64,000 nucleotides of DNA from assembly GCA_003484955.1 (NCBI GenBank), contig DMZH01000003.1, positions 47,815 to 111,814 of the forward strand. The letters run 5' to 3'. Both the position numbers and the translations under genes were made by a program. The notes below the pieces were generated by a model. The model searched no databases. It was not told the origin of the DNA and was given only the letters and a program-made list of their open reading frames with translations. This DNA is from Candidatus Woesebacteria bacterium. GTDB taxonomy: Bacteria > Patescibacteriota > Microgenomatia > UBA8517. Below are positions 28,397 through 37,888 of this stretch, piece after piece. How positions within the stretch are numbered: position 1 is the stretch's first letter; the number at the start of each line of letters is the position of its first letter.

Positions 28397-29095
28397 TTAC
28401 TTTTCGGTCTGCGTTTTTTCTTGTCCGATAGCCCGTCCCACCAAATCCAGAATATATGTCAGGGCTTTGCTGGCGTCGTCATTCATTGGAATCGGATAAT
28501 CAATAAAGTCCGGATCTGCGTTGCTGTCTACTATTCCCACTACAGGAATTTTTCTTTCAGCTGCCTCACGGACTGCGGCTGATTCTCTCTTAGTATCAAT
28601 CACAAAAAGAACATCAGGAACACCGGTCAAGGATTTTATGCCACCGAAAAATTTTTCAAGGCGTACGATTTCACGGTCAATAAGAAGTTTTTCTTTTTTT
28701 GTGTACTTGTTATAGAAACCGGTCGCGAGATTTTCTTTCATCTCTTCCATCTTATCGATGGATCTTTTCATTTGACCAAAGTTGGAAACTGTTCCACCAA
28801 GCCATCTTTCATTAACATAAGGGATTCCAACTTTTTCCGCAACTTCTGCTACTTTATCTTTAATTTGTTTTTTAGTTCCAAGAATTAATATTTTCTTTCC
28901 TTCTTTGGCAGACTTTGCCAAAAACTCCAAAGCTTCTTCAATTAGGGGTTTAGTTTTTGTCAGATCAAAGATGTGGACACCTTCCTCTTGTCCATAAAGA
29001 TACTCCTCCATTTTGGGATTCCAACGTTTTGTTTGGTGCCCAAAATGGGCCCCCGCATCCATCAAATCTTCAAGTGAAATGTTTATTTTAGACAT
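28397..29095 (-). CDS. rpsB: Ribosomal protein S2
   Basis: LMDAGAHFGHQTKRWNPKM. Confidence 0.9.
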   Translation of the reverse strand: MSKINISLEDLMDAGAHFGHQTKRWNPKMEEYLYGQEEGVHIFDLTKTKPLIEEALEFLAKSAKEGKKILILGTKKQIKDKVAEVAEKVGIPYVNERWLGGTVSNFGQMKRSIDKMEEMKENLATGFYNKYTKKEKLLIDREIVRLEKFFGGIKSLTGVPDVLFVIDTKRESAAVREAAERKIPVVGIVDSNADPDFIDYPIPMNDDASKALTYILDLVGRAIGQEKTQTEK

Positions 29096-29123
29096 TTAAA
29101 ATCAAATTGCTTTCTTTTTCCGC

Positions 29124-29159
29124 CATCGATCGGAAGTTATCCAGAAAGCACGATCGATG
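29124..29159. promoter_or_regulatory. 9-bp inverted repeat (CATCGATCG...CGATCGATG, 18-nt spacer) in the rpsB upstream region
   Basis: Read directly; lies between the rpsB start and the folD stop. Confidence 0.4.
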
Positions 29160-29202
29160 TGTGACTCTCACCAGGGTCAAATTATATATGAAGGGTGTTA
29201 AA

Positions 29203-29997
29203 TTAGCAAGCCAGAATCAGATTTTCCAACAGACAGGAAATCGTTACGGGACCTACTCCCCCGGGCACAGGTGTAATAAAGCTGGCTTTTGCCGATACTG
29301 ATGGATCAACGTCTCCATTTGGTGAACCCACATCTATAACAATAGCACCGTCTTTTATCATATCCGGCTTAATTAAGTGTGCAACCCCTGTTGCACTTAC
29401 GACAATTTCTGAAGTTTTGAGTTTTTCCGTCAGATTTTCCGTTTCGGTACTCACCTCGGCAACAGTGTAGTCCTCTTTCCTTAATTCTTTTACAAGGGGT
29501 GTTCCCACCATTCCGGTGGCACCAACAACACACACAGATTTTGGATTGGTTTTTAAAGATCTTTCAGCTTCTTTGAGAATATCAATAACGGCTTTTGACG
29601 TTGGATGTAAAAATTGACTGTCATATCTTAAACCATCGATGTCTTTGCCGGGATCAATCGCGCCAAGTATCTTTTCTTTAAATTCAGAAAGCGATTCCGG
29701 AAGCGGAAGTTGAATCATTATTCCGTTGAAATTATCGTCGCTATTTAACGACTCTATTAACTGTAAAATTTCGGAGAACTTAGAGTTTTCCGGCAAAAAA
29801 TATACGTCTATTTCCGCCCCTATTCTCTCGGCAGCCTTTTTCTTGAGATTTACATAAAGCTCGCTTGCGGGATTATCGCCAATCAAAATTGACGCCAATT
29901 TAGGATAAACCCCTCTTGCCTTAAGCCCCAAAACTCTGATGCCTAAAGAGAATTCTTTTTCCGCCGCAAAGGCTCTACCATCAAAAATTATTGCCAT
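29203..29997 (-). CDS. folD: Bifunctional methylene-THF dehydrogenase/cyclohydrolase FolD
   Basis: AIIFDGRAFAAE...YVNLKKKAAE, Rossmann GATGMVG. Confidence 0.85.
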   Translation of the reverse strand: MAIIFDGRAFAAEKEFSLGIRVLGLKARGVYPKLASILIGDNPASELYVNLKKKAAERIGAEIDVYFLPENSKFSEILQLIESLNSDDNFNGIMIQLPLPESLSEFKEKILGAIDPGKDIDGLRYDSQFLHPTSKAVIDILKEAERSLKTNPKSVCVVGATGMVGTPLVKELRKEDYTVAEVSTETENLTEKLKTSEIVVSATGVAHLIKPDMIKDGAIVIDVGSPNGDVDPSVSAKASFITPVPGGVGPVTISCLLENLILAC

Positions 29998-30052
29998 AAC
30001 CTGTATTATATTACATTCTGAGGCTAAGTGCAGACAGGAAAGGATCACCTTC

Positions 30053-31354
30053 TTAGGGCATGGGGAATTTTTTACATAAGTCCCTGACCTCGGAAGCGAT
30101 ATTTTTTAAGAACTCATCATTGGCAACTTTAATTCTAAAAGATTTAATATATTCTCCTCTTTTTTCTTTTACCTCGGGTAGTTTTTCATCTTTAACATGA
30201 TCAAGAACTTTTAAAATCCAGCCGGCAATAATTTTCATTTCAGGTTCGGTCATTCCGCGGGTTGTAATACCGGGAGTACCGAGTCTGATACCGGATGGAT
30301 AAAACGGAGGCGCCGAGTCATTTGGAACTGAGTTTCTGTTAACAATAATTCCTGCTGCTTCCAGCACTTCAGCGGCAATATTGCCGGATAGTCCAATCGG
30401 CCTCAGATCGACAACCATTAAATGACACTCGGTTCCTCCTGTTACCAATGTAAGTCCCCCATTTTTAAGTTCTTCTGCCAGGTATCTGGCATTAATAACA
30501 ATTTGTTTTCCATATTTCTTAAAGTCCCCAGAATCGGCCTCGATTAAGGCCTGTGCAATACCGGCGGTTGTGCCATTGTGAGGTCCACCCTGAAGCCCTG
30601 GAAAAACCGCTTTATCTATTTTGGAGGCTGTTTCAGGATCTTTTTCGATTCCTTTCTTGGTAACCATAATCATTGCCCCTCTCGGACCCCTTAGTGTTTT
30701 ATGCGTCGTGGTTGTGACAATATGGGTAAACGGAACCGGAGAAGGATATTCTCCTGCCAAAACTAAACCTGAAACGTGAGAGATGTCTGCCACCAGCCAT
30801 GATCCGACCAAATCGGCAATTTCTCCCAGCTTCTTCCAGTCAAGAATTAAAGGATATGCAGTCGTACCGATTATCATAAGTGCCGGTTTTTCCTTTCGAG
30901 CCAGATTTTCAACCTCGTTATAATCAATAATTCCATCGTCTTTAGTCCCAAACTGAACCGATTTATAAAATCTTCCAGAAAAAGTTATATCCGGATGTCC
31001 ATGGGTCAGATGCCCACCTGAAGAAAGTTTAAGTCCCATTATTGTGTCACCCGGATTAAGTAGCGCAAAAAGAACTTCAGCGTTTGCGGGAGAACCGGAA
31101 TATGGTTGGACATTTACGTGTTCAACTTTAAAAAGTTCCTTTGCTTTATCGATTGCAAACGTCTCGATCTCGTCGATAATTTTATTGCCTTGATAATAGC
31201 GCCTGCCGGAGTAGCCCTCGGAATATTTGTTCATAAGGACAGACCCAACAGCTTCGCGGACCTCTTTTGAGGCATAATTTTCCGACGGGATCAACATCAG
31301 GGTCTCCTCCTGACGCTTCTGCTCTTCTTTAATTAAATCGGAGATTATAACCAT
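30053..31354 (-). CDS. glyA: Serine hydroxymethyltransferase
   Basis: PLP motif TTTTHKTLRGPRG. Confidence 0.9.
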   Translation of the reverse strand: MVIISDLIKEEQKRQEETLMLIPSENYASKEVREAVGSVLMNKYSEGYSGRRYYQGNKIIDEIETFAIDKAKELFKVEHVNVQPYSGSPANAEVLFALLNPGDTIMGLKLSSGGHLTHGHPDITFSGRFYKSVQFGTKDDGIIDYNEVENLARKEKPALMIIGTTAYPLILDWKKLGEIADLVGSWLVADISHVSGLVLAGEYPSPVPFTHIVTTTTHKTLRGPRGAMIMVTKKGIEKDPETASKIDKAVFPGLQGGPHNGTTAGIAQALIEADSGDFKKYGKQIVINARYLAEELKNGGLTLVTGGTECHLMVVDLRPIGLSGNIAAEVLEAAGIIVNRNSVPNDSAPPFYPSGIRLGTPGITTRGMTEPEMKIIAGWILKVLDHVKDEKLPEVKEKRGEYIKSFRIKVANDEFLKNIASEVRDLCKKFPMP

Positions 31355-31363
31355 ATCTAACTA

Positions 31364-32017
31364 TTATAGACGTTCAAGCTTTCTTTCGAAAATCTCTTCA
31401 AGGACTTTGGCGACAGATTCAGCTACTACCTCAGGTTTGGCCTCACCGTCTACAATATACCACTTAAGACCTCCCCATCCTGTTTTGACCATTTCTCTGT
31501 ACCCTGCTATAAGTCGGTCAAAATATTCCGAAGATTCTTTATCAAACGGGTCGCCATTTACGTTTTTACCACGCCTCTCAATGGAGGTTTCCTTCGAAAT
31601 ATCAAGAAGTATTATGGCATCGGGTTTATAATCTCCCAAAATTACATCGGCAATTGCCAGAATTTGTTTTTGATCTCCACTTTCCGCATAACCTTGATAA
31701 GCCCCTGTTGATGTGTGACATCTATCCGTTAAAACGTTCGCTCCTTTGTCTAAGTTTGGTACAACTACACCGTCGACCCAAAGCTTTCGTGCCGCAAAAA
31801 AAAGAACCATTTGTCCCTCCGCCTTTATAAGTTTCTTATCTCTGAGAGTAAAAATTAATTCTCTGATTTTCTCCGCCGGTTCAATTCCACCCGGTTCCCT
31901 CGTGTAGATTGCCTTAATCCCGTTTCTGTCGAGGAGATCTTTTGCAAGTTCTATCTGGGTTCCTTTACCGCTTCCTCCGATTCCTTCAAAAACAATAAAT
32001 TTTCCTCTTTCTTTCAT
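31364..32017 (-). CDS. tmk: Thymidylate kinase
   Basis: P-loop FIVFEGIGGSGKGTQ and dTMP kinase motifs. Confidence 0.85.
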   Translation of the reverse strand: MKERGKFIVFEGIGGSGKGTQIELAKDLLDRNGIKAIYTREPGGIEPAEKIRELIFTLRDKKLIKAEGQMVLFFAARKLWVDGVVVPNLDKGANVLTDRCHTSTGAYQGYAESGDQKQILAIADVILGDYKPDAIILLDISKETSIERRGKNVNGDPFDKESSEYFDRLIAGYREMVKTGWGGLKWYIVDGEAKPEVVAESVAKVLEEIFERKLERL

Positions 32018-32781
32018 CTTCTTAATCTTGATACATCACCACCACTTCCGGGAAAAATATCGTAGTTTTCTACCACAAGCGCTGGCTTAATTTTGGGTAA
32101 AACAAACTTTCCGTTTGTCCCAAATTCGCGACAAATATGGCTCTCAACCCTGTCAGCCAACTGTTCAACATTACCGGATGATCCCCCGGCTGATGTGTTG
32201 GCAATAAATTTATAGGAGTTGTTCTCTCCCTTCATTCCCCATTCATGCACTGATTCTGACAATCTTTCCAAGTATTCCGGATAATTTTTTAAGATCCCCA
32301 TCTCATAATTTCTTCCCCTATCAATTATTCTTTGTTTTAGTTCTTCCTGATCTGCGGCAACAACAATATGCATATCGGGATAAACCAAACTATCTTTAGT
32401 TGTGATTGTAAAAAAAATGTTTTGATATAAATTCCACTCGTTTTCATTCATCCAGCCCATTTTGAAATGAGTTTTGGCATAAATAAAATCCATATTTAAT
32501 TCCGGGTCAATTAGGGAAACTTTGCTTCTATCAATACTTTTAAGTTGTTCAACTTTTGAAGATAAAAAGAACACCTGAGATTTGAAGCTGTATTCTTTGG
32601 GGTCCTTGTAAAACTTTTCCAAAAACGGATTGGCGGGGTAGTTTTCTTCAATTGGCTCAATTCCCCATCTCCGAGCGAGTTCTTCAGAGAGAGTGGTCTT
32701 TCCACTGGCAAGGCATCCAACCAGTCCGATGACCAAGGGCTTTTTTTCCAATGTTTCTTTCCCTTCAATACTTTCTACCAT
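32014..32781 (-). CDS. Deoxynucleoside kinase (dAK/dGK/dCK family)
   Basis: P-loop IGLVGCLASGKTT, ERS-like region. Confidence 0.7.
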   Translation of the reverse strand: MVESIEGKETLEKKPLVIGLVGCLASGKTTLSEELARRWGIEPIEENYPANPFLEKFYKDPKEYSFKSQVFFLSSKVEQLKSIDRSKVSLIDPELNMDFIYAKTHFKMGWMNENEWNLYQNIFFTITTKDSLVYPDMHIVVAADQEELKQRIIDRGRNYEMGILKNYPEYLERLSESVHEWGMKGENNSYKFIANTSAGGSSGNVEQLADRVESHICREFGTNGKFVLPKIKPALVVENYDIFPGSGGDVSRLRR

Positions 32782-32838
32782 TTAATTAATCCCTTTACCC
32801 CTTTTCATCTTGTTCTTTATATTTTATTATCCTAATTA

Positions 32839-33783
32839 ATGTCAACTGGTAAAGTCTCCAAAAATAATGCCGACAGGGAGTATCAAACTCTTCTTAAAGA
32901 TATTCTAAAAAATGGGGTTAAAAGCAGCGACAGGACCGGAACCGGAACAAAAAAAGTTTTCGGTAGAATGCTTAAATTTGATCTCTCCGAAGGTTTTCCC
33001 CTTCTCACCACAAAAAAGGTCTGGTTCCACGGAGTTAAAGAAGAGCTTCTCTGGTTTATAAGGGGTGAGCGGAATTTACGGCCTCTTGTTTTAACTGGTG
33101 TAAACATCTGGAATGAATGGCCATATCAAAGATATTTGGTTGCCAATAAATTGGATAAAAAATATCCAAAATATACGCCAATCTGGGAAGGGAAAATGAA
33201 AGAGTTTATTGAAAAAATTGAAGCTGATGAAAAATTTGCGAATAAGTACGGAGATCTCGGTCCGGTTTACGGATATAAATGGCGAAACTGGAAAGGTGCA
33301 AATGGCAAGGGTGTAGACCAGCTCGCAGCTGCTGTTAAAGATATCAAAGAAAATCCAAATTCTAGAAGAATAATTGTAACAGCTTGGGACCCCTCGGTCC
33401 TTTCCGAAGTGGCCCTGCCCCCTTGTCATATGGAATTCCAATTCCAAGTGGTCGGTAAGAAACTAAATTGCTTCATGGTCCAGAGATCGGTGGACACATT
33501 TCTGGGGCTACCTTTTAATATCGCCTCATATGCGCTTTTAACCCATATTGTTGCCAGGGTAACTGGGAAAGTGCCGGGAATATTAACCATGGCTCTTGCT
33601 GACACCCATATTTACTTAAACCACATAAAACAAGCAAAGGAACAAACCACAAGGAAACCTAGGCCTCTCCCTAAACTAAGAATCAGCTCCAAACTTAAGA
33701 ATGTTGATCACATTGAATCGGACTGGATAAAGGTTGTGGGCTACGATCCGCACCCCGCAATTGCCGCACCCATATCCGTATAA
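32839..33783 (+). CDS. thyA: Thymidylate synthase ThyA
   Basis: RTGTGT, catalytic PPCH (ALPPCHMEFQFQV), DxxLGxPFN. Confidence 0.9.
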   Translation: MSTGKVSKNNADREYQTLLKDILKNGVKSSDRTGTGTKKVFGRMLKFDLSEGFPLLTTKKVWFHGVKEELLWFIRGERNLRPLVLTGVNIWNEWPYQRYLVANKLDKKYPKYTPIWEGKMKEFIEKIEADEKFANKYGDLGPVYGYKWRNWKGANGKGVDQLAAAVKDIKENPNSRRIIVTAWDPSVLSEVALPPCHMEFQFQVVGKKLNCFMVQRSVDTFLGLPFNIASYALLTHIVARVTGKVPGILTMALADTHIYLNHIKQAKEQTTRKPRPLPKLRISSKLKNVDHIESDWIKVVGYDPHPAIAAPISV

Positions 33784-33791
33784 AATATATT

Positions 33792-34274
33792 ATGAAAATT
33801 TCAATAATTGTAGCGGTCGCCCAAAACAATGTGATAGGAGGAAAAGGAAAGCTTCTCTGGCATATTTCTGATGACCTGAAACATTTTAAAGAAGTTACCA
33901 TGGGGCATCATATTTTGATGGGTAAGACAACTTACGAATCAATCGGACGTATTCTCCCGGGAAGGACAAGTTTGATTTTATCCCATGACAAGAATCTCAA
34001 AGTCCCCGACGGATATGTTTTTGAAAATGAGAAAGAAGCAATCGATTTCGCGGAAAAAAATGGTGAGAATGAATTAATGATAATTGGTGGCGAAAGTATC
34101 TATAAATTGTTTTTTTCAAAAGCAGACAAGATCTATTTAACCAAAGTTCTGAAAGAGTTCGATGGAGATGTGACTTTTCCGGAAATTAATATGGAAGAGT
34201 GGCGTCAAACCAAAAAAGAACCTCACCCAGACGAAAACCCTCCTTTTGAATTTATCGAACTGGAAAGAAAATAA
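33792..34274 (+). CDS. folA: Dihydrofolate reductase
   Basis: IVAVAQNNVIGGKGKLLWH...MGHHILMGKTTYESIG. Confidence 0.9.
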   Translation: MKISIIVAVAQNNVIGGKGKLLWHISDDLKHFKEVTMGHHILMGKTTYESIGRILPGRTSLILSHDKNLKVPDGYVFENEKEAIDFAEKNGENELMIIGGESIYKLFFSKADKIYLTKVLKEFDGDVTFPEINMEEWRQTKKEPHPDENPPFEFIELERK

Positions 34275-34275
34275 T

Positions 34276-34632
34276 CTATCTATTGTCGCCGTCTCCGTGA
34301 ATTTTTCCTCGTATTTTTCTTGAGGCGAGTTTTTTTAAGTTTCCCTTGGCAACGTCTGAAAATTTTATTCCGAGTTCCTTGGAAAGCTGGGCCAAATACC
34401 AAAGAACATCCCCCAACTCTTTTGCAATTTCCTCTTTTCTTTCCTTAGTTAATTTTCCCCCATCATCCCTGAAAAGTTTTTTGATTTTTTCCGAAACCTC
34501 ACCTGTCTCTCCTTGTAAACCCAGAAGCGGATAAACAAATTTTTCTCCGATTTTAGGATAGACTGCAGTTTTTCCACATTCCTTTTGGTACTTATCAAAG
34601 TCCGAGAATCCCATTGCAAAAGATTTTAGCAT
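34276..34632 (-). CDS. MazG-like nucleotide pyrophosphohydrolase (all-alpha NTP-PPase)
   Basis: EExxE-type motif and ELGDVLWYLAQL. Confidence 0.7.
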   Translation of the reverse strand: MLKSFAMGFSDFDKYQKECGKTAVYPKIGEKFVYPLLGLQGETGEVSEKIKKLFRDDGGKLTKERKEEIAKELGDVLWYLAQLSKELGIKFSDVAKGNLKKLASRKIRGKIHGDGDNR

Positions 34633-34650
34633 AATATATTAATATACAGA

Positions 34651-35202
34651 ATGTTAATTATCGGTATTACGGGAACTCTCGGTGCAGGTAAAGGAACTGT
34701 GGTTGACTTTTTAGTAGCCAGTAGAAACTTCAAACACTACTCCGTGTCGGAATATTTAACCGGGGAATTAATTAAACAAGGCAGAACTGTTGACAGAAAC
34801 GGTATGAGGGAAATTGCCAATGAAATAAGAACCAAACACGGACCTGATTTTATTGTTAAAAAACTTTTTGAAAAAGCAAAAAAAGAAAGTACGAACGCAA
34901 TTATAGAAAGTATCAGAAATCCTAAAGAAGCGGAATTTATTAAAAATAATGGTGGCCACCTTTTTGCGGTTGATGCTGATCAAATGACAAGATATAAAAG
35001 AATAAAATCCCGGAGTTCCGAAAAAGACAATGTCACGTTCGAAGAATTTAAACTGCAGGAGGAAAAAGAAAAACAATCGCGTGATCCAAATGCTCAAAAT
35101 TTATCAAAGTGTATATTGATTGCCGACTATAAATTTGATAACAATGACAGCATCGAAGATCTGTATGACAAAGTCGAAAAAACCGTCAACAAAATCAATT
35201 AA
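34651..35202 (+). CDS. P-loop nucleoside/nucleotide kinase (putative dNMP kinase)
   Basis: GITGTLGAGKGT Walker A; small kinase fold; sits in a nucleotide-metabolism cluster. Confidence 0.55.
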   Translation: MLIIGITGTLGAGKGTVVDFLVASRNFKHYSVSEYLTGELIKQGRTVDRNGMREIANEIRTKHGPDFIVKKLFEKAKKESTNAIIESIRNPKEAEFIKNNGGHLFAVDADQMTRYKRIKSRSSEKDNVTFEEFKLQEEKEKQSRDPNAQNLSKCILIADYKFDNNDSIEDLYDKVEKTVNKIN

Positions 35203-35692
35203 AGAAAAATATACCCGTCCGACTTGGGATGATTATTTCATGGAGGTTGCAGATGCCGTTTCCAAAAGAGCTACGTGCGACCGGGGTAGAAGTGGATGTG
35301 TTATAGCCAAAGACAAACAAATTTTGGCAACAGGCTACGTCGGTTCCCCGATAGGCTTTCCCCACTGTGACGAAGCCGGACATGACCTTAGACGCGCTTT
35401 TAATGAAGACGGCACTGTCTCAAACCATTGTGTCAGGACGGTTCACGCGGAGCAAAATGCAATCTGCCAAGCAGCTAAGCGCGGTGTTGCAATAGACGGA
35501 GCAACCGTATATTGCAGAATGACCCCATGCCGAATTTGTGCAATGCTTTTAATTAACTCCGGAATAAAAAGAATCTATGCTGAAAGAAAATATCACACAG
35601 GTAGTGAATCAGAAAAAATGTTTAGAAAAGCCGGTATTAAATTAGAATATAAATTCAAAGAGATAGTTAAATATAAAAATCAAAAAGGTTAA
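35165..35692 (+). CDS. dCMP deaminase
   Basis: HAEQNAI and PCRICA zinc motifs; RPTWDDYFM start region. Confidence 0.85.
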   Translation: MTKSKKPSTKSIKEKYTRPTWDDYFMEVADAVSKRATCDRGRSGCVIAKDKQILATGYVGSPIGFPHCDEAGHDLRRAFNEDGTVSNHCVRTVHAEQNAICQAAKRGVAIDGATVYCRMTPCRICAMLLINSGIKRIYAERKYHTGSESEKMFRKAGIKLEYKFKEIVKYKNQKG

Positions 35693-37653
35693 TTTGAAGG
35701 TTCTTCTTTTTTAGGGCTTCTCCAAGAAGCATATTTACACTCCGGATACCTTGAGCAGCCAAAGAATTTTCTGCCTTTTGAAGTTTTCTTAACAATAACG
35801 TCTCCGATTTTACACTCCGGACACTTTACACCGACTTTTTCCAAATATTTTTCTGTGTATTTACAGTCGGGAAATCTGGAACAGGATATGAATTTTCCAA
35901 ACCTACCGATACGGATAACCAGCTCTCCCTCCTTACATTCGGGGCATTTTTTACCAAGTTTTTCCGTTTCTATTTTTACCCTTTCGGCTTTTTTATCAAC
36001 TATTCCAATTTTACTTGCAAAGGGTTTGTAAAAATCTTTAATTATTCCGGTCCATTTGGCCTCTCCGTTAGCCACTTTATCAAGACTGTCTTCCATTCCG
36101 GCAGTGAATTCATATTCAAAAATATCCGTAAAATTTTTAACCAAAAAGTCGGTTACCGCCTCTCCGATTGAGGTCGGAAAAAACTTACCTTCGGTCTTTT
36201 CGACATAATTTCTGATCTGTATTGTAGAAATGGTAGGTGCATAAGTCGAAGGCCTGCCAATTCCCAATTTTTCCAAAGTTTTAATAAGAGAGGCCTCGTT
36301 ATATCTCGCCGGAGGTTGTGTAAACTTCTGTTCACCCCAGGTCTTTATATGATCCAATTTTTCATCTTTTGAAACCTCCGGTAATTTAACAACACTGTCA
36401 ACTTCAAGTTTTGCCGGAATTACTTTTCTCCAACCGTCAAATTTCATTATTTGCCCACCCGCGCGCAACAAATAATTTCCGGGTGCAGCCGCAACATCGA
36501 TAACTGTCTCGTCATAAAGACTCGGGTTCATTTGGCAAGCAATAAAGCGGGACCAAATAAGTTTATAAAGAGTCTCTTCATCGTGACCCCATTTGTCATC
36601 CGCAATTTGCAACTTGGAATTTATATTTGTTGGCCTTATGGCTTCGTGTGCCTCCTGGGCAACTTTTGATTGAGTTTTGTAGGCCCTGGGGGTATCCGGC
36701 AAATAATTCCGGCCAAATTCTTTTTCGATATATTTTCGGACAGTATCCACCGCCTGACTTGAAAGATTAAAGGAGTCCGTCCTGTGGTATGTAATCAGTC
36801 CCTCTTCATAAAGTTTCTGGGCTATCGACATTGTTCTTTTGGAAGACCAACCAAAAATACGGGAAGCTGCCTGAGTCATTGTGGAAGTCGTAAACGGTGG
36901 GTATGGATTTTTGGAAACTTCCTTTTTTCTTACATCAAAAACCGTGTATTTCGCCTTTTCCAAATCCGAAACGATTCCATCGGCATCCTTTTTATTTTTA
37001 ACTTCAGCAGTTTTCTCATTTATTTTGACCAGCTCGATATCAAAATCTTTTATTTCTTGCCTTTCGCCTTTCACCTTTGAATAGATTTCCCAATATTCTT
37101 CCGACTTAAAAGCTTTGATTTCCCGCTCTTTCTCCACAATAAGCTTAACTGCAACAGACTGCACACGTCCGGCCGAAAGACCCCGTCTTATTTTTTTCCA
37201 AAGTAGCGGTGAAAGTTTATACCCCACAAGCCGATCCAATACTCTTCTTGCGATTTGTGCATCAACCAGATTTTTATCAACTTCTCTAGGGTTTTGAATC
37301 GCCTTCTCAACCGCTTCTTTTGTGATTTCATGAAAAACAATGCGTTTTATCTTGGAGTCTGCATTTAAAATCTCGGCAACATGCTCCGCAATAGCTTCTC
37401 CTTCACGATCAGGGTCAGTTGCCAAATAAACAATTTTTGCTTTTTTTCCTTCGGTTTTGAGATTCTTGATAATATCTTTTTTCTTTGGAATATCAGCAAA
37501 GTCCGGTTTAAAATTATTTTCTACTTCTATTCCAAGTTTGCTTTTTGGTAAGTCTTTAATATGTCCCGCGGTTGCCTCAACAACATATGATCCACCCAAA
37601 AAACGGCCTAGGGTTCTGGCTTTTGTTGGTGACTCAACTATTATCAATTCCAT
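35689..37653 (-). CDS. topA: DNA topoisomerase I with C-terminal zinc ribbons
   Basis: Toprim start ELIIVESPTKA, catalytic Tyr region, CPECK...CSR[FY]P[DE]C ribbons. Confidence 0.9.
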   Translation of the reverse strand: MELIIVESPTKARTLGRFLGGSYVVEATAGHIKDLPKSKLGIEVENNFKPDFADIPKKKDIIKNLKTEGKKAKIVYLATDPDREGEAIAEHVAEILNADSKIKRIVFHEITKEAVEKAIQNPREVDKNLVDAQIARRVLDRLVGYKLSPLLWKKIRRGLSAGRVQSVAVKLIVEKEREIKAFKSEEYWEIYSKVKGERQEIKDFDIELVKINEKTAEVKNKKDADGIVSDLEKAKYTVFDVRKKEVSKNPYPPFTTSTMTQAASRIFGWSSKRTMSIAQKLYEEGLITYHRTDSFNLSSQAVDTVRKYIEKEFGRNYLPDTPRAYKTQSKVAQEAHEAIRPTNINSKLQIADDKWGHDEETLYKLIWSRFIACQMNPSLYDETVIDVAAAPGNYLLRAGGQIMKFDGWRKVIPAKLEVDSVVKLPEVSKDEKLDHIKTWGEQKFTQPPARYNEASLIKTLEKLGIGRPSTYAPTISTIQIRNYVEKTEGKFFPTSIGEAVTDFLVKNFTDIFEYEFTAGMEDSLDKVANGEAKWTGIIKDFYKPFASKIGIVDKKAERVKIETEKLGKKCPECKEGELVIRIGRFGKFISCSRFPDCKYTEKYLEKVGVKCPECKIGDVIVKKTSKGRKFFGCSRYPECKYASWRSPKKEEPSN

Positions 37654-37672
37654 AATTTATAATGCTTTAGGT

Positions 37673-37888
37673 TTACAAGCTTCGCTTATATTCCCCGCCT
37701 CCTAAACTCCTGACTTGTCCTTTCATTTCCATGATAGTCAGTCTAGCAGAAATCTCGGAGGTTTGGATACCTGTTATTCTAACAAGCTCGTCAAGGTGCA
37801 GGGTTTCGTTTTCCAAAAGTTCTATAAGTTTAGTCCCTTCAAGTATACCCGGCCCAACTTTTTTCATTAGCTCTAACCTCCATATCAA
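37673..37888 (-). pseudogene. dprA: DprA C-terminal winged-helix (DprA_WH-like) segment, frame-shifted from dprA (50-nt overlap)
   Basis: LHLDELVRITGIQTSEISARLTIMEMKGQVRSLGGGEY resembles the DprA C-terminal domain. Confidence 0.5.
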
